A stretch of DNA of 64,000 nt from Dehalococcoidia bacterium (GTDB taxonomy: Bacteria > Chloroflexota > Dehalococcoidia > DSTF01 > JACRBR01), in contig JADMII010000001.1 in NCBI GenBank assembly GCA_015478665.1, positions 183,537 through 247,536 of the forward strand, written 5' to 3'. Within the stretch, counting starts at the first letter, position 1. Every line of letters starts with the position of its first letter. This document shows, piece by piece, positions 47,777-57,253 of the stretch. Below the pieces are notes generated by a model, which worked only from the letters and a program-made list of their open reading frames with translations, ran no database searches and was not told the DNA's origin. Both the position numbers and the translations under genes were made by a program.

Positions 47777-49132
47777 TCACTGCGGGCGAACCAGCGCCGC
47801 ACAGGCATCGATCACGCGCCCGTCATCGAGCGGGTCGACGGTGCGCAGGTCGAGCAGCACGCGTCCGTCTTCGATGCGGGCGACGACGTCGCTGGCGCGC
47901 AGCCGCCCGGCGAGGGTGGCCGCCGACCGCACCGGCGCGAGCACGACGAGCCGCGTCGGCAGGCTCTCTTCGGGCAGCGAGCCGCCGCCGACCATCGAAC
48001 GGCCGTCGACGACCTGCGCCGCCGCGCCAAGGGCCGCGACGACGGCGCCCGCCCGGCGCTCGATCTCGGCCACCGGCATGGCGATCATGCGCCAGACGGG
48101 GACGCGCTGCTCGGCGACGCCATCGATGTAGAGCCGGAGCGTCGCAGCGAGGCCGGCGATGCTCGCCTTGTCGAGCCGGACGGCGCGCGCGAGCGGGTGC
48201 CGCTGCATGCGGGCAATGAGTTCGTTCCGGCCGACGATCAGGCCGGCCTGCGGCCCGCCGAGCAGCTTGTCGCCGGAGAACAGCACGACGTCGGCGCCGG
48301 CAGCGACCGAGCGCTGGGGTGTCGGCTCCGGCGCCAGCCCGTACGCCGCCGTATCGAGCAGGCAGCCGCTGCCGATGTCGTCGATCAGCAGCACGCCGCG
48401 CCTGCGGGCGAGCGTCGCCAACCCATCGAGCGGCGCCGATTCGGTGAAGCCGGTGATGCGGAAGTTGCTCGCGTGCACGCGCATCAGCGCGGCCGTCCGC
48501 GGGCCGATCGCCGCTTCGAAGTCCTCGATGCGCGTGCGGTTCGTCGTCCCTGCCTCGACGAGGCGGGCGCGCGACTGGCGCATGACGTCCGGGATGCGAA
48601 AGCCGCCGCCGATCTCGACGAGCTCGCCGCGTGAGAGCACGACCTCGCGGCCGGCAGCGAGGGCGGCAAGCGCCAGCAGCACGGCGGAGGCGTTGTTGTT
48701 CACGGCCATCGCCGCTTCGGCGCCGGTGACCCGGCGGAGCAGCGGCGCCAGGGTGCTGTGCCGGGTGCCGCGCCTGCCGCTCGTGATATCGAACTCCAGG
48801 TTACTGTAGCCGCGCGAGACAGCCGCCATCGCGGCGATCGCCTCCCCGGCCAGCGGCGCCCGGCCGAGGTTGGTGTGGAGGATGACGCCGGTGGCGTTGA
48901 TCAGCGGACGCAGCGGCGGCAGGCGTACCGCATCGACCCGCGCGGTGACATCGCCTGCGATCGCGTCGAGCGTCGGCGCTTCGCCGCCAGCACCGATACG
49001 CGCGCGGGCTTCGGCGAGCGCCTCGCGCGTCAGGTCGAGCAGCACCGAATCGGCGGCATCGACGCTACGCGCGCGCAGCTCAGCGCAGACGCGGTCGACG
49101 GAGGGCAGGGCGCGGTACGGCGAGCGTGGCAT
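47777..49132 (-). CDS. selA: L-seryl-tRNA(Sec) selenium transferase
   Basis: PLP-lysine motif FSGDKLLGGPQAG and the SelA-specific N-terminal region (INATGVILHTNLGRAPL). ATG at 49132. Confidence 0.8.
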   Translation of the reverse strand: MPRSPYRALPSVDRVCAELRARSVDAADSVLLDLTREALAEARARIGAGGEAPTLDAIAGDVTARVDAVRLPPLRPLINATGVILHTNLGRAPLAGEAIAAMAAVSRGYSNLEFDITSGRRGTRHSTLAPLLRRVTGAEAAMAVNNNASAVLLALAALAAGREVVLSRGELVEIGGGFRIPDVMRQSRARLVEAGTTNRTRIEDFEAAIGPRTAALMRVHASNFRITGFTESAPLDGLATLARRRGVLLIDDIGSGCLLDTAAYGLAPEPTPQRSVAAGADVVLFSGDKLLGGPQAGLIVGRNELIARMQRHPLARAVRLDKASIAGLAATLRLYIDGVAEQRVPVWRMIAMPVAEIERRAGAVVAALGAAAQVVDGRSMVGGGSLPEESLPTRLVVLAPVRSAATLAGRLRASDVVARIEDGRVLLDLRTVDPLDDGRVIDACAALVRPQ

Positions 49133-49260
49133 CGCGATCGAGTCTACCGTGCGACGTAGGCGATGAAACGCGGGGAGGCAGGGCCGCAACGCGGGCAGTC
49201 GGAGCGCGGGACGCTGAGGTGCGGCAGCGCGAGGGCCGAACGCCGGGCGGCGCCGCGGCC

Positions 49261-50001
49261 TCAGGCGGCCTGCGTCTGCGACTGGTCGAGGGCGACGCTG
49301 GCCGACAGCCGACGGTGGGCGCCGCGCGTGCTCAGCAGGTAGACGGCCGACACGCCGCCGATGAGCAGGCCTTCGGCGGCGGAGATCAGTCCCAGCAGCA
49401 CGGTCATGTCGCGCCAGAATGGATCGGGGAACATCTGGACCAGATGGTCCGTCGCCGGATTCAGCTGCCACAAATTATTCGTGAACATGATCAGATGGAA
49501 GCGGGTGAACGCAGCCTCAAACCCGAACGAAGCGAAGATGGCGATGCCACCGACGAAGGCGGCGCCCAGCCCGACGCCGGCCAGCGACTGCGCCGCGAGC
49601 TGCCGCATGCTGCCTTCGCGCGCCCAGACGAAGACGGCGACGACGTACAGCAGCACGTAGACCAGCGCGACCTCCTGCACCGTACCGGTGATGACGAAGA
49701 GGCGCTTGACGTCCTGCATGTGCAGCGTCTCGCGCGCGTTGAACACGGGTGTCTGCAGGCCGTCCTGCGTCACTGTCTGGTAGAACGTCGGCTCGTCGTT
49801 GTTGAAGTAGGCCCGAAGCGCCCCGGCGGTCTTGTCGAGGTCGGCGCGCGAGAGCCCGGTCGAGGCCTCGGCGTTGTAGCGGTCGAAGGCGTAGCGGTAG
49901 ACGAGCGGCGCGTTGGCGAGGAGCCGGACGTTGGTGCTGATCGCCGCGACCGGCAGCGCGATGATGAAGGCGATTGTGGCGAGCGTGCGGACGAAGCCCA
50001 T
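49261..50001 (-). CDS. DUF1461/TIGR01906 family integral membrane protein (Lit-like)
   Basis: 246 aa with 4 TM segments and a conserved FNARETLHMQDV-like stretch. Assignment made by recall of the family pattern. Confidence 0.45.
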   Translation of the reverse strand: MGFVRTLATIAFIIALPVAAISTNVRLLANAPLVYRYAFDRYNAEASTGLSRADLDKTAGALRAYFNNDEPTFYQTVTQDGLQTPVFNARETLHMQDVKRLFVITGTVQEVALVYVLLYVVAVFVWAREGSMRQLAAQSLAGVGLGAAFVGGIAIFASFGFEAAFTRFHLIMFTNNLWQLNPATDHLVQMFPDPFWRDMTVLLGLISAAEGLLIGGVSAVYLLSTRGAHRRLSASVALDQSQTQAA

Positions 50002-50225
50002 GTGGGTTTCCCTCTGCCGCCCCGCCGCCGCGACGCCCGCATTCTCCGACGCGGGATCGCGCTTGTCAAGCGGCCGTTCTTCGTCCGTCTGCGCCGCTGA
50101 TCCTTCGATGCCCATCGGTACCAGAGTAGCACCGTTTACCTGCCGGGCGGGACGGCGGCGACGCGACGAACGCGTCAAGACGGCGGCGGCTGGAGGCCCC
50201 GCGCCGGTGACCGCATACTGGAGAC

Positions 50226-51590
50226 GTGGGTTCGCTGACGATCGTCGGGTTGGGGCCGGGCGACGCATCGCTGCTGACCGTCGAGGCGCGCGATGCCCTG
50301 GCGCGCAGCGCGGAGGTATGGCTGCGCACCGCGCGTCACCCGACCGTCGCCGGGCTGCCGGCGGGCCCGCGTTACGCCTCGTTCGACGAGTTGTACGACC
50401 GCCTCGACTCGTTCGAAGCCGTCTACGACGCCATCGTCGGCCGCGTGCTGGGGCTGGCCGCGCAGCCTTCCGGCGTCGTCTATGCGGTACCGGGTCATCC
50501 TCTCGTGGGCGAGGCGACGGTGCGGGGGCTGATCGAGCGCGCACCGGAGGCAGGACTGGAGGTCCGGCTCGTCGCCGGCCTCAGCTTCGTCGATACGGCG
50601 ACGGCGGCGCTCGGCATCGACCCTCTGGCGGACGGCCTCCTCGTCCTCGACGCGCTCGCCCTCGGCGGACATCGCCGGCTGCTGACGCCGGAGCGTCCGA
50701 CGCTGATCGGCCAGCTGTACGACCGGCGGACGGCGACGCAGGCGAAGCTCGCGCTCCTCGAGTCGTATCCCCCGGAGCATCGGGTGCGAGTCGTGCGGGC
50801 AAGCGGCACGGCGGAGGCGGCCGCCCGCGACGTCGTGCTGGCCGAGCTCGACCGCGGCGACGCCTTCGACCACCTGACGACGCTCTACGTGCCGCCGCTC
50901 GCCCTCACCGCAAACGTGCGTTCGTTCGAGGGTGTGCGGGCGATCGTCGCGCGGCTACGGGCGCCGGACGGGGGTTGTCCGTGGGACCTGGAACAGACGC
51001 ACGAGACGCTCAAGCGCTTTCTACTCGAAGAGGCGTACGAGGCGCTCGACGCGCTCGACGCCGGCGAGCCGCATCGCGTCGCCGACGAGCTCGGCGACCT
51101 GCTGATGCAGGTACTGTTACACGCGCAACTCGCCGAGGACGAGGGCGCGTTCGCCATCGAGGACGTGCTCGGGGCGATCGGCGCGAAGCTCGTGCGGCGG
51201 CACCCGCACGTCTTCGGCGAGACGGCGGTGAGCGGCGCGGAGGATGTCGTCCGCAACTGGGACGTGCTGAAGAAGGAGGAGCGCGGCGACCAGCCGCTGC
51301 TCGACGCCGTGCCACTGGCGCTTCCGGCGCTCGCCCAGGCGCAGGCCGTGCAGTCGCGCGCCGCGAAGGCCGGCCTCGCCGATCCTTCGACGAAACCTCC
51401 TGGCGACGCGATCGCCGCGCTGGGCGGGGCGGCGCTCACACGCGACGCGCTCGGCGATGTGCTGTTCGCCCTCGTCGCGCACGCGCGAAGCCGGGACATC
51501 GACGCCGAGGAGGCGCTACGGCTGGCGGTGCGGCGCTTCCGCCGGGCGGTGGCCGCGGCGGAGCGGGCGGCGGCGCCCGGGCGGCCGTAG
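50226..51590 (+). CDS. MazG nucleotide pyrophosphohydrolase with N-terminal tetrapyrrole-methylase-like domain (YabN-like)
   Basis: N-terminus LTIVGLGPGD (TP_methylase fold). C-terminus carries tandem MazG motifs (EEAYEALDA..., ELGDLLMQVLLHAQLAEDEG). Confidence 0.75.
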   Translation: MGSLTIVGLGPGDASLLTVEARDALARSAEVWLRTARHPTVAGLPAGPRYASFDELYDRLDSFEAVYDAIVGRVLGLAAQPSGVVYAVPGHPLVGEATVRGLIERAPEAGLEVRLVAGLSFVDTATAALGIDPLADGLLVLDALALGGHRRLLTPERPTLIGQLYDRRTATQAKLALLESYPPEHRVRVVRASGTAEAAARDVVLAELDRGDAFDHLTTLYVPPLALTANVRSFEGVRAIVARLRAPDGGCPWDLEQTHETLKRFLLEEAYEALDALDAGEPHRVADELGDLLMQVLLHAQLAEDEGAFAIEDVLGAIGAKLVRRHPHVFGETAVSGAEDVVRNWDVLKKEERGDQPLLDAVPLALPALAQAQAVQSRAAKAGLADPSTKPPGDAIAALGGAALTRDALGDVLFALVAHARSRDIDAEEALRLAVRRFRRAVAAAERAAAPGRP

Positions 51591-51758
51591 GCGCCTCACG
51601 ATAACCGGCGCGGGCGGTAACCGGGCCTCCAGGACTGCTCTCGTCGGGGCCTGGCGCGTCATCGCCCCGCCGCGGCGCGACAGAATCACTGCCCATCTAC
51701 ACGCAGCAGCGGTCGCGTTGAGGCGGCCGATCCGTGCATGTTAGACTTGTGTGACCGC

Positions 51759-51832
51759 TGGGGATTCGTCTAATGGTAGGACAGCGGATTCTGGATCCGT
51801 ATGTGGGGGTTCGAATCCTCCATCCCCAGCCA
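51759..51832 (+). tRNA. tRNA-Gln (anticodon CUG), CCA encoded
   Basis: Cloverleaf folded by hand. Acceptor TGGGGAT/ATCCCCA. D-arm gtct-aatggta-ggac. Anticodon arm gcgga-TTCTGGA-tccgt. T-arm ggggg-TTCGAAT-cctcc. Discriminator G then CCA. Confidence 0.85.
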
Positions 51833-51835
51833 TCC

Positions 51836-51912
51836 GGCGCATTCGTCTAGCGGCCCAGGACATCGCCCTCTCAAGGCGAAGATCGCGGGTTCGAATCCCG
51901 CATGCGCTACCA
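51836..51912 (+). tRNA. tRNA-Glu (anticodon CUC), CCA encoded
   Basis: Acceptor GGCGCAT/ATGCGCT (G1-U72). D-arm gtct-agcggccca-ggac. Anticodon arm tcgcc-CTCTCAA-ggcga. T-arm gcggg-TTCGAAT-cccgc. Discriminator A then CCA. Confidence 0.85.
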
Positions 51913-51965
51913 ACAAGCATCGAGCGCCCCGCCGGCCGGTGGGGCTTCGTCGTTTGGAGACAGCG

Positions 51966-52334
51966 ATGGCGGACGTGAAGCGCGGCGCTTCGGGGAAGCC
52001 TCGGCCGGCGGCGACGGCCGACGACGCCGGGGCGCGCTTCGCCGAGACCGCGGCGGCGTTTCGGCGCAGGCGCGGCGTCACCAAGAAACGGATGTTCAGC
52101 ACCGAGAACGCGCTCGCCATCCACGGCAAGATCTTCGCGATGCTGACGCCGAAGGGCGCATTCGTCGTGAAGCTGCCTCAGGCGCGCGTCGATGCGCTGG
52201 TCGCCGACGGCTGCGGCGAGCGCTTCGGGCCCGGGGCGCGGAAGATGAAGGAATGGGTGGCGGTCGCGCCGGACGCCGGCGGCTGGGCGGAGCTGGCGCG
52301 CGAGGCGTACGCCTTCGTGAAGGCGGGCGCCTGA
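51966..52334 (+). CDS. TfoX N-terminal domain-containing protein
   Basis: RMFSTENALAIHGKIFAML...AFVVKLP...MKEWVAV...WAELAREAYAF matches the TfoX_N pattern (RMFGG..L..G.IFA...D..LYLK). Confidence 0.55.
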   Translation: MADVKRGASGKPRPAATADDAGARFAETAAAFRRRRGVTKKRMFSTENALAIHGKIFAMLTPKGAFVVKLPQARVDALVADGCGERFGPGARKMKEWVAVAPDAGGWAELAREAYAFVKAGA

Positions 52335-52343
52335 CGTTCGCGG

Positions 52344-54464
52344 TCAGGCCGGCCAGCGGCTGCTGATCAGCACGTCGATGTCGTCGGTCGCCTCCTGGAT
52401 CTCGACGCGCGTGTCGTTGCCCTCGCGGCGGTACTGCAGGGTGACGCTGCCGCCGCCGATGCGCAGGTTGCGCACCTGCACGGTGTTGAGCCAGTAGGGC
52501 AGCTTCGGGTTGACGATGCGCAGACGCTTCTCCGCCGCCTCCGGCTTGAGTCCGAGGATCGCCTGCGTGATCAACGGGAAGGCGCCGGCGGCCCAGGCCT
52601 GCGGGCGGCAGGCGACGGGATACGGCACGGGCGCGTGGTGGGCGGAGCGCATCTCGCCGCCGAAGAGCTCCGGTAATCGGAAGTAGGGGAACGACGCGGC
52701 GGCATCGAAGAGGGCCGTCGCCACTTCGTTCAGCTCGTCCTCGAAGCCGTACATCTTGAAGCCCATCGCGGCGATGCTGTTGTCGTGCGGCCATACCGAG
52801 CCGAGGTGATAGCCGATCGGGTTGAAGCGCGGGTTGCCGCCGCTCAGCGTGCGCAAACCCCAGCCGCTGAACATGTCGTTCTCCATCAGCCGGCCGATCG
52901 TCTCGCTGGCGTGCATGGGGTCGATGATGCCGGTCCAGAGCCCATGCGCCGGGTTGGACGTCGTGGATTCGACGGCCTTCCGGTCGCCATCGAGGGCGAG
53001 GGCGAAGAAGCGGCGGCCGGGCAGCCAGAAGTCGCGGTTGAAGTGCTGCTGAAGGCGCCGGGCGTCGCGACGGAGGCGCGTGGCCAGCTTGCCCTCGCCC
53101 ACCTTGTCGAGCACAGGCGCGAGCCAGGCGCGCGCGGCGTAGGCATAGCCCTGCACCTCGGCGAGGGCGATAGGGGCGCGCGCGAGGCTCCCGTTGACGT
53201 GGACGACGGCGTCCCAGGAGTCCTTCCAGCCCTGGTTGACGAGACCCTTCGCGGAGCGCTTGGCGTATTCCAGGTAGCCGTCGCCCGTCGTGTCGCCATA
53301 GACGTCCATCCACGTGATCGCGCGGCGGACGGCCGGCAGCAGCTCGCGCACGAGCCGCAGGTCGCCGGTCCAGTCGTAGTAAAGCGCCAGCAACATGAGG
53401 AAGAGCGGCGTCGCATCGATGCTGCCGTAGTAGGGGTTGTAGGGCAGCTCGCCGGCGCGCGAGAGCTCGTCGAAGCGCAGCTCGTGCAGGATCTTGCCCG
53501 GCTCCTCGTCGCGCGCGCGGTCGATGTCGGCGCCCTGCCAGCGGGCGAGCAGGCGCAGGGTGGAGCGGGCGATGTCCGGACGGTAGGCCAGCAGCTGCAT
53601 CGAGACGATGCAGCTGTCGCGGCCGAAGAGCGCATCGAACCAGGGCGTGCCGGCGGCGAGGAACCATTCGCCCTCGTCGTTCTCGCTCGACAGCATGCGG
53701 ATGTCGTGCAGCGAGCGGGCCATGACGCGGTTGAAGAACTCGTTGTCGGTGAAGACCTGCGTCGCGCCTTCCGTCCAGCGCCGGTACTGCTCGGCGACGG
53801 CATCGAGGCGGTCGGCGCGCGGCAGGCGCTTCGACGGAGCGTTCAGGACGATGCGCGTGCGCATGGTGACGGTCTCTCGCCGTTCGAGGCGCACGTGGAA
53901 GAGCGCGCTCCGCTCGTCGACCTTGCCCGGGCTTCGGTCGAACTCGATGCGGGTGGTGCGGTTGCGGCCGTCGATCCCTGTATAGGCGTAGAGGATGGAG
54001 CGCTCGCCGATCTCTGGCGGGTGCTGCGCTCCCTGCGTCGCGCGCTCGTAGCCGCGGACGTCGAAGATGTCAGCGAAGTCGGCGTCAAACTCGTAGAGGA
54101 GGTCGAGGGTGATCGGGAACGGGTTGAAGTTCGTGATCCGGACGAGTTCCTCGACGATGTCGGAGATGACGAGCTGACGCCGGATCTCGGTGCTGCTCTG
54201 GCCGATGCGCCGTCCGTCGGCGGTGACGATCACCGGGTTCGTCATCACCTGCTCCATCGCGTAGCCGAGCTCGGCGGTCGAGAGGAGCATGACGGGCGGC
54301 GTGCCATTGAGCGTGAGGCGATAGGTCGAGAGGTGACGTGTGTCGGCGTGGTAGAGGCCGAGGCCCTGGCGGCTGCCGGCGGGGACGTTGCCATCGGCGT
54401 CGGTGATCAGCGCGGAGCCGCGCTCGCGGATGATGAGGACATCGCGGATGTCCTCGATGCCCAT
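52344..54464 (-). CDS. Amylo-alpha-1,6-glucosidase / glycogen-debranching-enzyme-like glycoside hydrolase (GDE_N + GDE_C six-hairpin)
   Basis: 706 aa with long collinear similarity to the bacterial/archaeal amylo-1,6-glucosidase family (WFLAAGTPWFDALFGRDS..., GYHLGSVWPHDN...). Confidence 0.75.
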   Translation of the reverse strand: MGIEDIRDVLIIRERGSALITDADGNVPAGSRQGLGLYHADTRHLSTYRLTLNGTPPVMLLSTAELGYAMEQVMTNPVIVTADGRRIGQSSTEIRRQLVISDIVEELVRITNFNPFPITLDLLYEFDADFADIFDVRGYERATQGAQHPPEIGERSILYAYTGIDGRNRTTRIEFDRSPGKVDERSALFHVRLERRETVTMRTRIVLNAPSKRLPRADRLDAVAEQYRRWTEGATQVFTDNEFFNRVMARSLHDIRMLSSENDEGEWFLAAGTPWFDALFGRDSCIVSMQLLAYRPDIARSTLRLLARWQGADIDRARDEEPGKILHELRFDELSRAGELPYNPYYGSIDATPLFLMLLALYYDWTGDLRLVRELLPAVRRAITWMDVYGDTTGDGYLEYAKRSAKGLVNQGWKDSWDAVVHVNGSLARAPIALAEVQGYAYAARAWLAPVLDKVGEGKLATRLRRDARRLQQHFNRDFWLPGRRFFALALDGDRKAVESTTSNPAHGLWTGIIDPMHASETIGRLMENDMFSGWGLRTLSGGNPRFNPIGYHLGSVWPHDNSIAAMGFKMYGFEDELNEVATALFDAAASFPYFRLPELFGGEMRSAHHAPVPYPVACRPQAWAAGAFPLITQAILGLKPEAAEKRLRIVNPKLPYWLNTVQVRNLRIGGGSVTLQYRREGNDTRVEIQEATDDIDVLISSRWPA

Positions 54465-54555
54465 CGGCTCGCCCTCGGGGAGGACGTACCAGTCTTCTTC
54501 CGGGGCCTGCTCGGGCTCTACGTTCGTCGCGGCGTTCTCCCTCGGCGGGCGTCGG

Positions 54556-55251
54556 CTACCGTACAGCGCGCAGTGGGGCGACGCGGATGTTGTTCATCAC
54601 ATCGGACACGCGCTCGTACCAGCGCACGAGCTCCTCGACCGCGTCCCGCTGTTGCGCCGTGGCGACGGCGCCATCGAGCGAGACGACGCCACGATTGTAG
54701 CGCACGATGATCTCGCCGTGCGGGAGCGTCACCGAGTACTGGATGTACCGCGACAGGCCGTCGGCGAAGTCGCCGTCGTCCTCGTCCGGTCCAGGGACCG
54801 TGACCTGGTTGTGGACGTGCATGACGCCCGGCGCCTGCCAGGCCGCCGCCTCAATCTCCGCGCGCTCGCTCTCGCTCGATGCGATGCCGCCGATGTACGT
54901 GTCCCCCGAATCGACATGGGCGCTGATCCGCCCGCTGGCGCCAGGCACGGCGCGGCCGATCGCCGCTTCGACGGCGCGCGTCACGTCGGCGTCGCTGGCG
55001 ACGCCCTGCGCCACCCGAAGCTCGTTGACGACGGCGACGCCCGGCATCGCTTCGGTGACCCGGCGGCCGGCGAGCTGCTTTGTCCTGTAGCAGGCGGCGA
55101 TGCCGCGCAGGTACAGGCGTCCGGCGACCAGTTCGACGACCACCTCGTCGATGTCGAGGCCTGCCATCGCCTGGAGCGCCTGCTCGTGCGCGGCGCCGGG
55201 CCTGAACGTCATCATCGTCGTTCGGTCGTTCGTGACGGGACTGTTTCTCAT
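54556..55251 (-). CDS. BON domain-containing protein (OsmY-like, three BON repeats)
   Basis: Repeated BON pattern (LYLRGIAACYRTKQLAGRRVTEAMPGVAVVNELRV etc.). The ATG at 55251 overlaps the upstream GT4 stop. Confidence 0.65.
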   Translation of the reverse strand: MRNSPVTNDRTTMMTFRPGAAHEQALQAMAGLDIDEVVVELVAGRLYLRGIAACYRTKQLAGRRVTEAMPGVAVVNELRVAQGVASDADVTRAVEAAIGRAVPGASGRISAHVDSGDTYIGGIASSESERAEIEAAAWQAPGVMHVHNQVTVPGPDEDDGDFADGLSRYIQYSVTLPHGEIIVRYNRGVVSLDGAVATAQQRDAVEELVRWYERVSDVMNNIRVAPLRAVR

Positions 55252-56375
55252 GACGCTGACCTCGATGTCGCTACGGTCGCCGGCATGCCGTCGCGCGCCG
55301 GGAGAGCTGGCCGGATCAGCGGCCGCGCGACCGTCGCGGGACGCCGTCCGCTGACGATCTGCTCGTAGACGTGGACGTAGCGCGCGGCCATGATCGCCGG
55401 CGAGAAGTGCTGGCGGACATGGTCGCGGCAGGCGTACGGGTCGATCGTGTCGATGGCGCGTACGGCGTCCACCATCTCGTCGACGTCCTGGACGACGAAG
55501 CCGGTGCGGCCGTGGACGATGACTTCGGGCACGCTGCCGCGGTCGAATGCGACGACGGGCGTGCCGCAGGCCATCGCTTCCGGCATCACGAGGCCAAACG
55601 GCTCCCGCCACGTGATCGGCATCAGCAGGCACCTGGCGTTCGCGTACAACTCGCGTTTGCGACGGGCGTCTGCCTCGCCGACGAAGACGATCTGATCGCC
55701 GTCGATGAGGTCCTTCACGACCTCCTCGAAGAACTGCCGGTCGTAGCGGTCGACCTTCCCGGCGAGGATCAGCCGGCGACCGGTGCGCTTCGCCACCTCG
55801 ATGGCGTACTGCGGGCCCTTCTCCGGAGCCAGGCGGCTGAGGAAGAGGAGGTCGTCGCCCTTGGCCGGCTGGAACGGGAAGGTGTCGACATCGACGGCGT
55901 TGTAGACGTAACCCCTGGCGCCGGCGCGCGGCGCGACTTCGGCGAAGTGGGCCTGCTGCCAGCGGCTGATCGTGTTGTAGTGGCCTCGGTAGCGCGCCCA
56001 GATGAAGCCGGTGTCGGGCGTCGTCATGCAGTGGGTCGTCGTCAGCATTGGCGTCTGAATCAGGGCGGCCATCGCCATCACGAGCTCGCCCGCGTGGTTG
56101 TGGACGACATCGAACTCGCCGGCATGCGCGAGCGCGGCGCCGATGTGCGTCCAGTCGTACGGGTTGCGGTCGACGAGGTCTTCGGCGCGGCGCAGGCTGC
56201 GGCCATAGACGGAGAGCAGCCTCGCTGAGGTGGTGGAATCGCCGGAGGCGGCGAGTGTGACGTCGTGCCCGAGCCGCACGAGCTCTTCAGTGAGCAGGCT
56301 CACCACCGCCTCGGTGCCGCCGTACGCCGGCGGCGGTACGGTCTCCCAGAGGGGCGCCAGCTGCAGGATGCGCAT
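55248..56375 (-). CDS. Glycosyltransferase family 4 (GT-B, Glycos_transf_1)
   Basis: N-terminus MRILQLAPLWETVPPPAYGGTEAVV and a C-terminal EPFGLVMPEAMACGTPVVA (E-X7-E-like) motif. AGGAG lies upstream of the ATG at 56375. Confidence 0.75.
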   Translation of the reverse strand: MRILQLAPLWETVPPPAYGGTEAVVSLLTEELVRLGHDVTLAASGDSTTSARLLSVYGRSLRRAEDLVDRNPYDWTHIGAALAHAGEFDVVHNHAGELVMAMAALIQTPMLTTTHCMTTPDTGFIWARYRGHYNTISRWQQAHFAEVAPRAGARGYVYNAVDVDTFPFQPAKGDDLLFLSRLAPEKGPQYAIEVAKRTGRRLILAGKVDRYDRQFFEEVVKDLIDGDQIVFVGEADARRKRELYANARCLLMPITWREPFGLVMPEAMACGTPVVAFDRGSVPEVIVHGRTGFVVQDVDEMVDAVRAIDTIDPYACRDHVRQHFSPAIMAARYVHVYEQIVSGRRPATVARPLIRPALPARDGMPATVATSRSAS

Positions 56376-56647
56376 TCGTGGATCTCCTGGAATACGCGAC
56401 GCCAGAACGCCGGAGCAGTCTCCCCGACGTTCTCTCGTCCCGTATGCATTTTTCGTTCGAAGGGACGGTGCGAGGGCCCGTGCGGTACCTCTGCTCTGTA
56501 TGTACCACTGTTGGCCGTGGGTTGACAACCGGGCAACATCGGGAGCCAAGCGGAGCATCGGCGGCTGTCACGCAGATGTAATGCCGTAGCGGCTCTTCGC
56601 AACGGGACTATGTACGCGGACGCGCGCCGCCACGGTACGCTGACTCT

Positions 56648-57244
56648 GTGCCCGGCCCGCTGTTCACGATCGGCCATTCCACGCGCACGCTCGCGGACTT
56701 CGTCGCGCTGCTGCGGGCGTGGCACGTCGATGCCGTCGCCGACGTGCGGACGGTGCCGCGCTCGCGTCACAACCCGCAGTTCGAAGGCGCCGAGCTGGCG
56801 CGGACGCTCCCCGCCGCCGGCATCGCCTACGTCCGGATGCCGGCGCTCGGCGGCTGGCGCAGGCCGAAGGCCGACTCGACGAACACGGGCTGGCGCGTCG
56901 CATCGTTTCGCGGCTACGCCGACCACATGGAGACCGATGACTTTCGCGCCGGCATCGAGGCGCTGCTGGCATACGCCGACGGTCGTCGCGTCGCCGTGAT
57001 GTGCGCCGAGGCGGTGCCATGGCGCTGCCACCGCTCGCTGATCGCCGATGCGCTCGTGGCGCGCGGCTGTGAGGTACGGGACATCATGAGCGCGACGGCC
57101 GCGCCGGAGCACCGGCTGCCGGCGTTCGCGCGCGTCGAGCGGGATCGCGTGCGCTATCCAGCGCCGGCGGACGGGGCGACGCACCCTCCCCCACGCCGCG
57201 ACGGCGGACCGCGAGCGGCGGCGGGCGCTGATCGCCATCGATAG
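56648..57244 (+). CDS. DUF488 family protein
   Basis: LFTIGHSTRTLADFVALLRAWHVDAVADVRTVPRSRHNPQF matches the DUF488 consensus. GTG start. Confidence 0.65.
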   Translation: MPGPLFTIGHSTRTLADFVALLRAWHVDAVADVRTVPRSRHNPQFEGAELARTLPAAGIAYVRMPALGGWRRPKADSTNTGWRVASFRGYADHMETDDFRAGIEALLAYADGRRVAVMCAEAVPWRCHRSLIADALVARGCEVRDIMSATAAPEHRLPAFARVERDRVRYPAPADGATHPPPRRDGGPRAAAGADRHR

Positions 57245-57253
57245 ACTGAGCGT

